A stretch of 64,000 nt of DNA from Raillietiella orientalis (taxonomy: Eukaryota), in the NCBI GenBank assembly GCA_036172245.1, contig JAYWIR010000021.1, forward strand, positions 1,612,001 through 1,676,000, written 5' to 3'. The notes below the pieces were generated by a model, which saw only the letters and a list, made by a program, of their open reading frames with translations, was not told where the DNA came from and did not search any database. Made by a program: the position numbers and the translations under genes. How positions within the stretch are numbered: position 1 is the stretch's first letter; every line of letters begins with the position of its first letter. Below are positions 62,851-64,000 of the stretch, piece by piece.

Positions 62851-64000
62851 ATTCGCTGCCACTCTTTTCGGCACTCTTACCAGGCCCGCGTGAGCCCGAG
62901 CCCACTTGGACCGTGGTAGAACTCGTATTTGGCGTGAGAAGCCCGCCTGCCCTGTGGCAAAGTTCTCTCAGCCCCAGCTCCGAGGACAAACGTCCGGTCC
63001 GAGAGCCGGAAATCCACGACGCGCGGAGGAACCCCGAAGGGGGTTCGCAGGACGAGTCGTCCCCGTTCCGGGCAACCCCGGGTCGCGTGGGATTGAGCCG
63101 CGGAACGAGCCGTTCCGTCTGCGAGCTTCGACGCGCGGAAGCGTTGCCGTGGTGATGTGGAGAGGACGGGCTGGCGATTTTTTTTCCGGGCAGGCCCACT
63201 CGTTAATTAACACCGCGCACGCGGGCTGAGCACTCGTCGGGCTCCTGGGGCAATAAATGAGCTTTCACAGCTGATGAACATTTACATTGCACTTATGCAT
63301 GTGTGTATTTACATATGGAAGGAGTGAGTCGGGAGGGTAGAATACAACCGCTACTCAGTAACGCAGCAACGATCTAAGGATCGTGCTTCGCGAAAGCTAT
63401 CTTGGATTTTGAAGTAGATTTAGAGCTTATACAATCCATGAATACGAGTTCCTCTGTCCCCTCCTTCCCTTCCTGCGGGTTGACGCAAAACGCCTATTCT
63501 CCTGGATTCGAGATTTCTCTTGGTCGGAGAAAAATCCCCAGGAAACGAGGAGAGACTTTCATTTTTTTTTTCTTTCCATTTTTTCAATCGATGCGTTGCT
63601 GATGTGGCAGCGCGCGCAGACTTCACTGTAAAGTGCGAAATAATTGTCCTTTTCGGAGGCAAGAGACGTACGAAGGCAAAAACAGAGCACATTTATTCCA
63701 TTCTTTTTATTATGATATTGAATAACCGTGGTGATAGGGAGCGGGCAACGGGGAGATGGGATGGAGGAATGGGATCCCGGTCCCATTTCGTCGGTCTTCG
63801 GAACTCGAGATGGTGATCGATGGAAGCGGACGGAGGCTGCTGCATCGCGACGCGAGAGGTGGGATCCTCGGGTGTCCTCGCGACGGACTGCTGCGAAAAC
63901 ACCCGCTAAGGGTGTTTCCATCGATCCAGAACATGGGTCGAGGGTTCGCTGAATACTAAAGAACCGCCCGCCGACTTGGGGAGTGTGTGGGGGGAGGAAC

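Overview
This is eukaryotic (invertebrate, probably ecdysozoan) genomic DNA with two compartments. An AT-rich, CpG-poor island (~10.1-19.1 kb) holds a complete 11-exon nucleoporin NDC1 gene (+, 14096-17131, ~591 aa). Divergent from it is an apparently non-coding spliced transcript (-) with an intronic C/D-box snoRNA carrying the U15/SNORD15 guide. The flanks are GC- and CpG-rich and consist largely of nested retroelement relics. One is an L1/Tx1-like LINE family (RRM plus zinc-knuckle ORF1, APE endonuclease, zf-RVT C-terminus). Its copies end in a conserved double hairpin with no poly(A) tail, and one copy has a perfect 17-bp TSD. Derivatives of this family carry a ~40-bp VNTR inside the dead endonuclease. 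There are also NeSL/Utopia-like RLE LINEs and older CR1-, LTR- and Tc1-like remnants. From ~52.9 kb, three widely spaced exons encode a Dpr/ZIG-8-like Ig-domain protein that runs off the window. All calls come from reading and translating by eye; no database search was run. Most ORFs in the supplied track are spurious.
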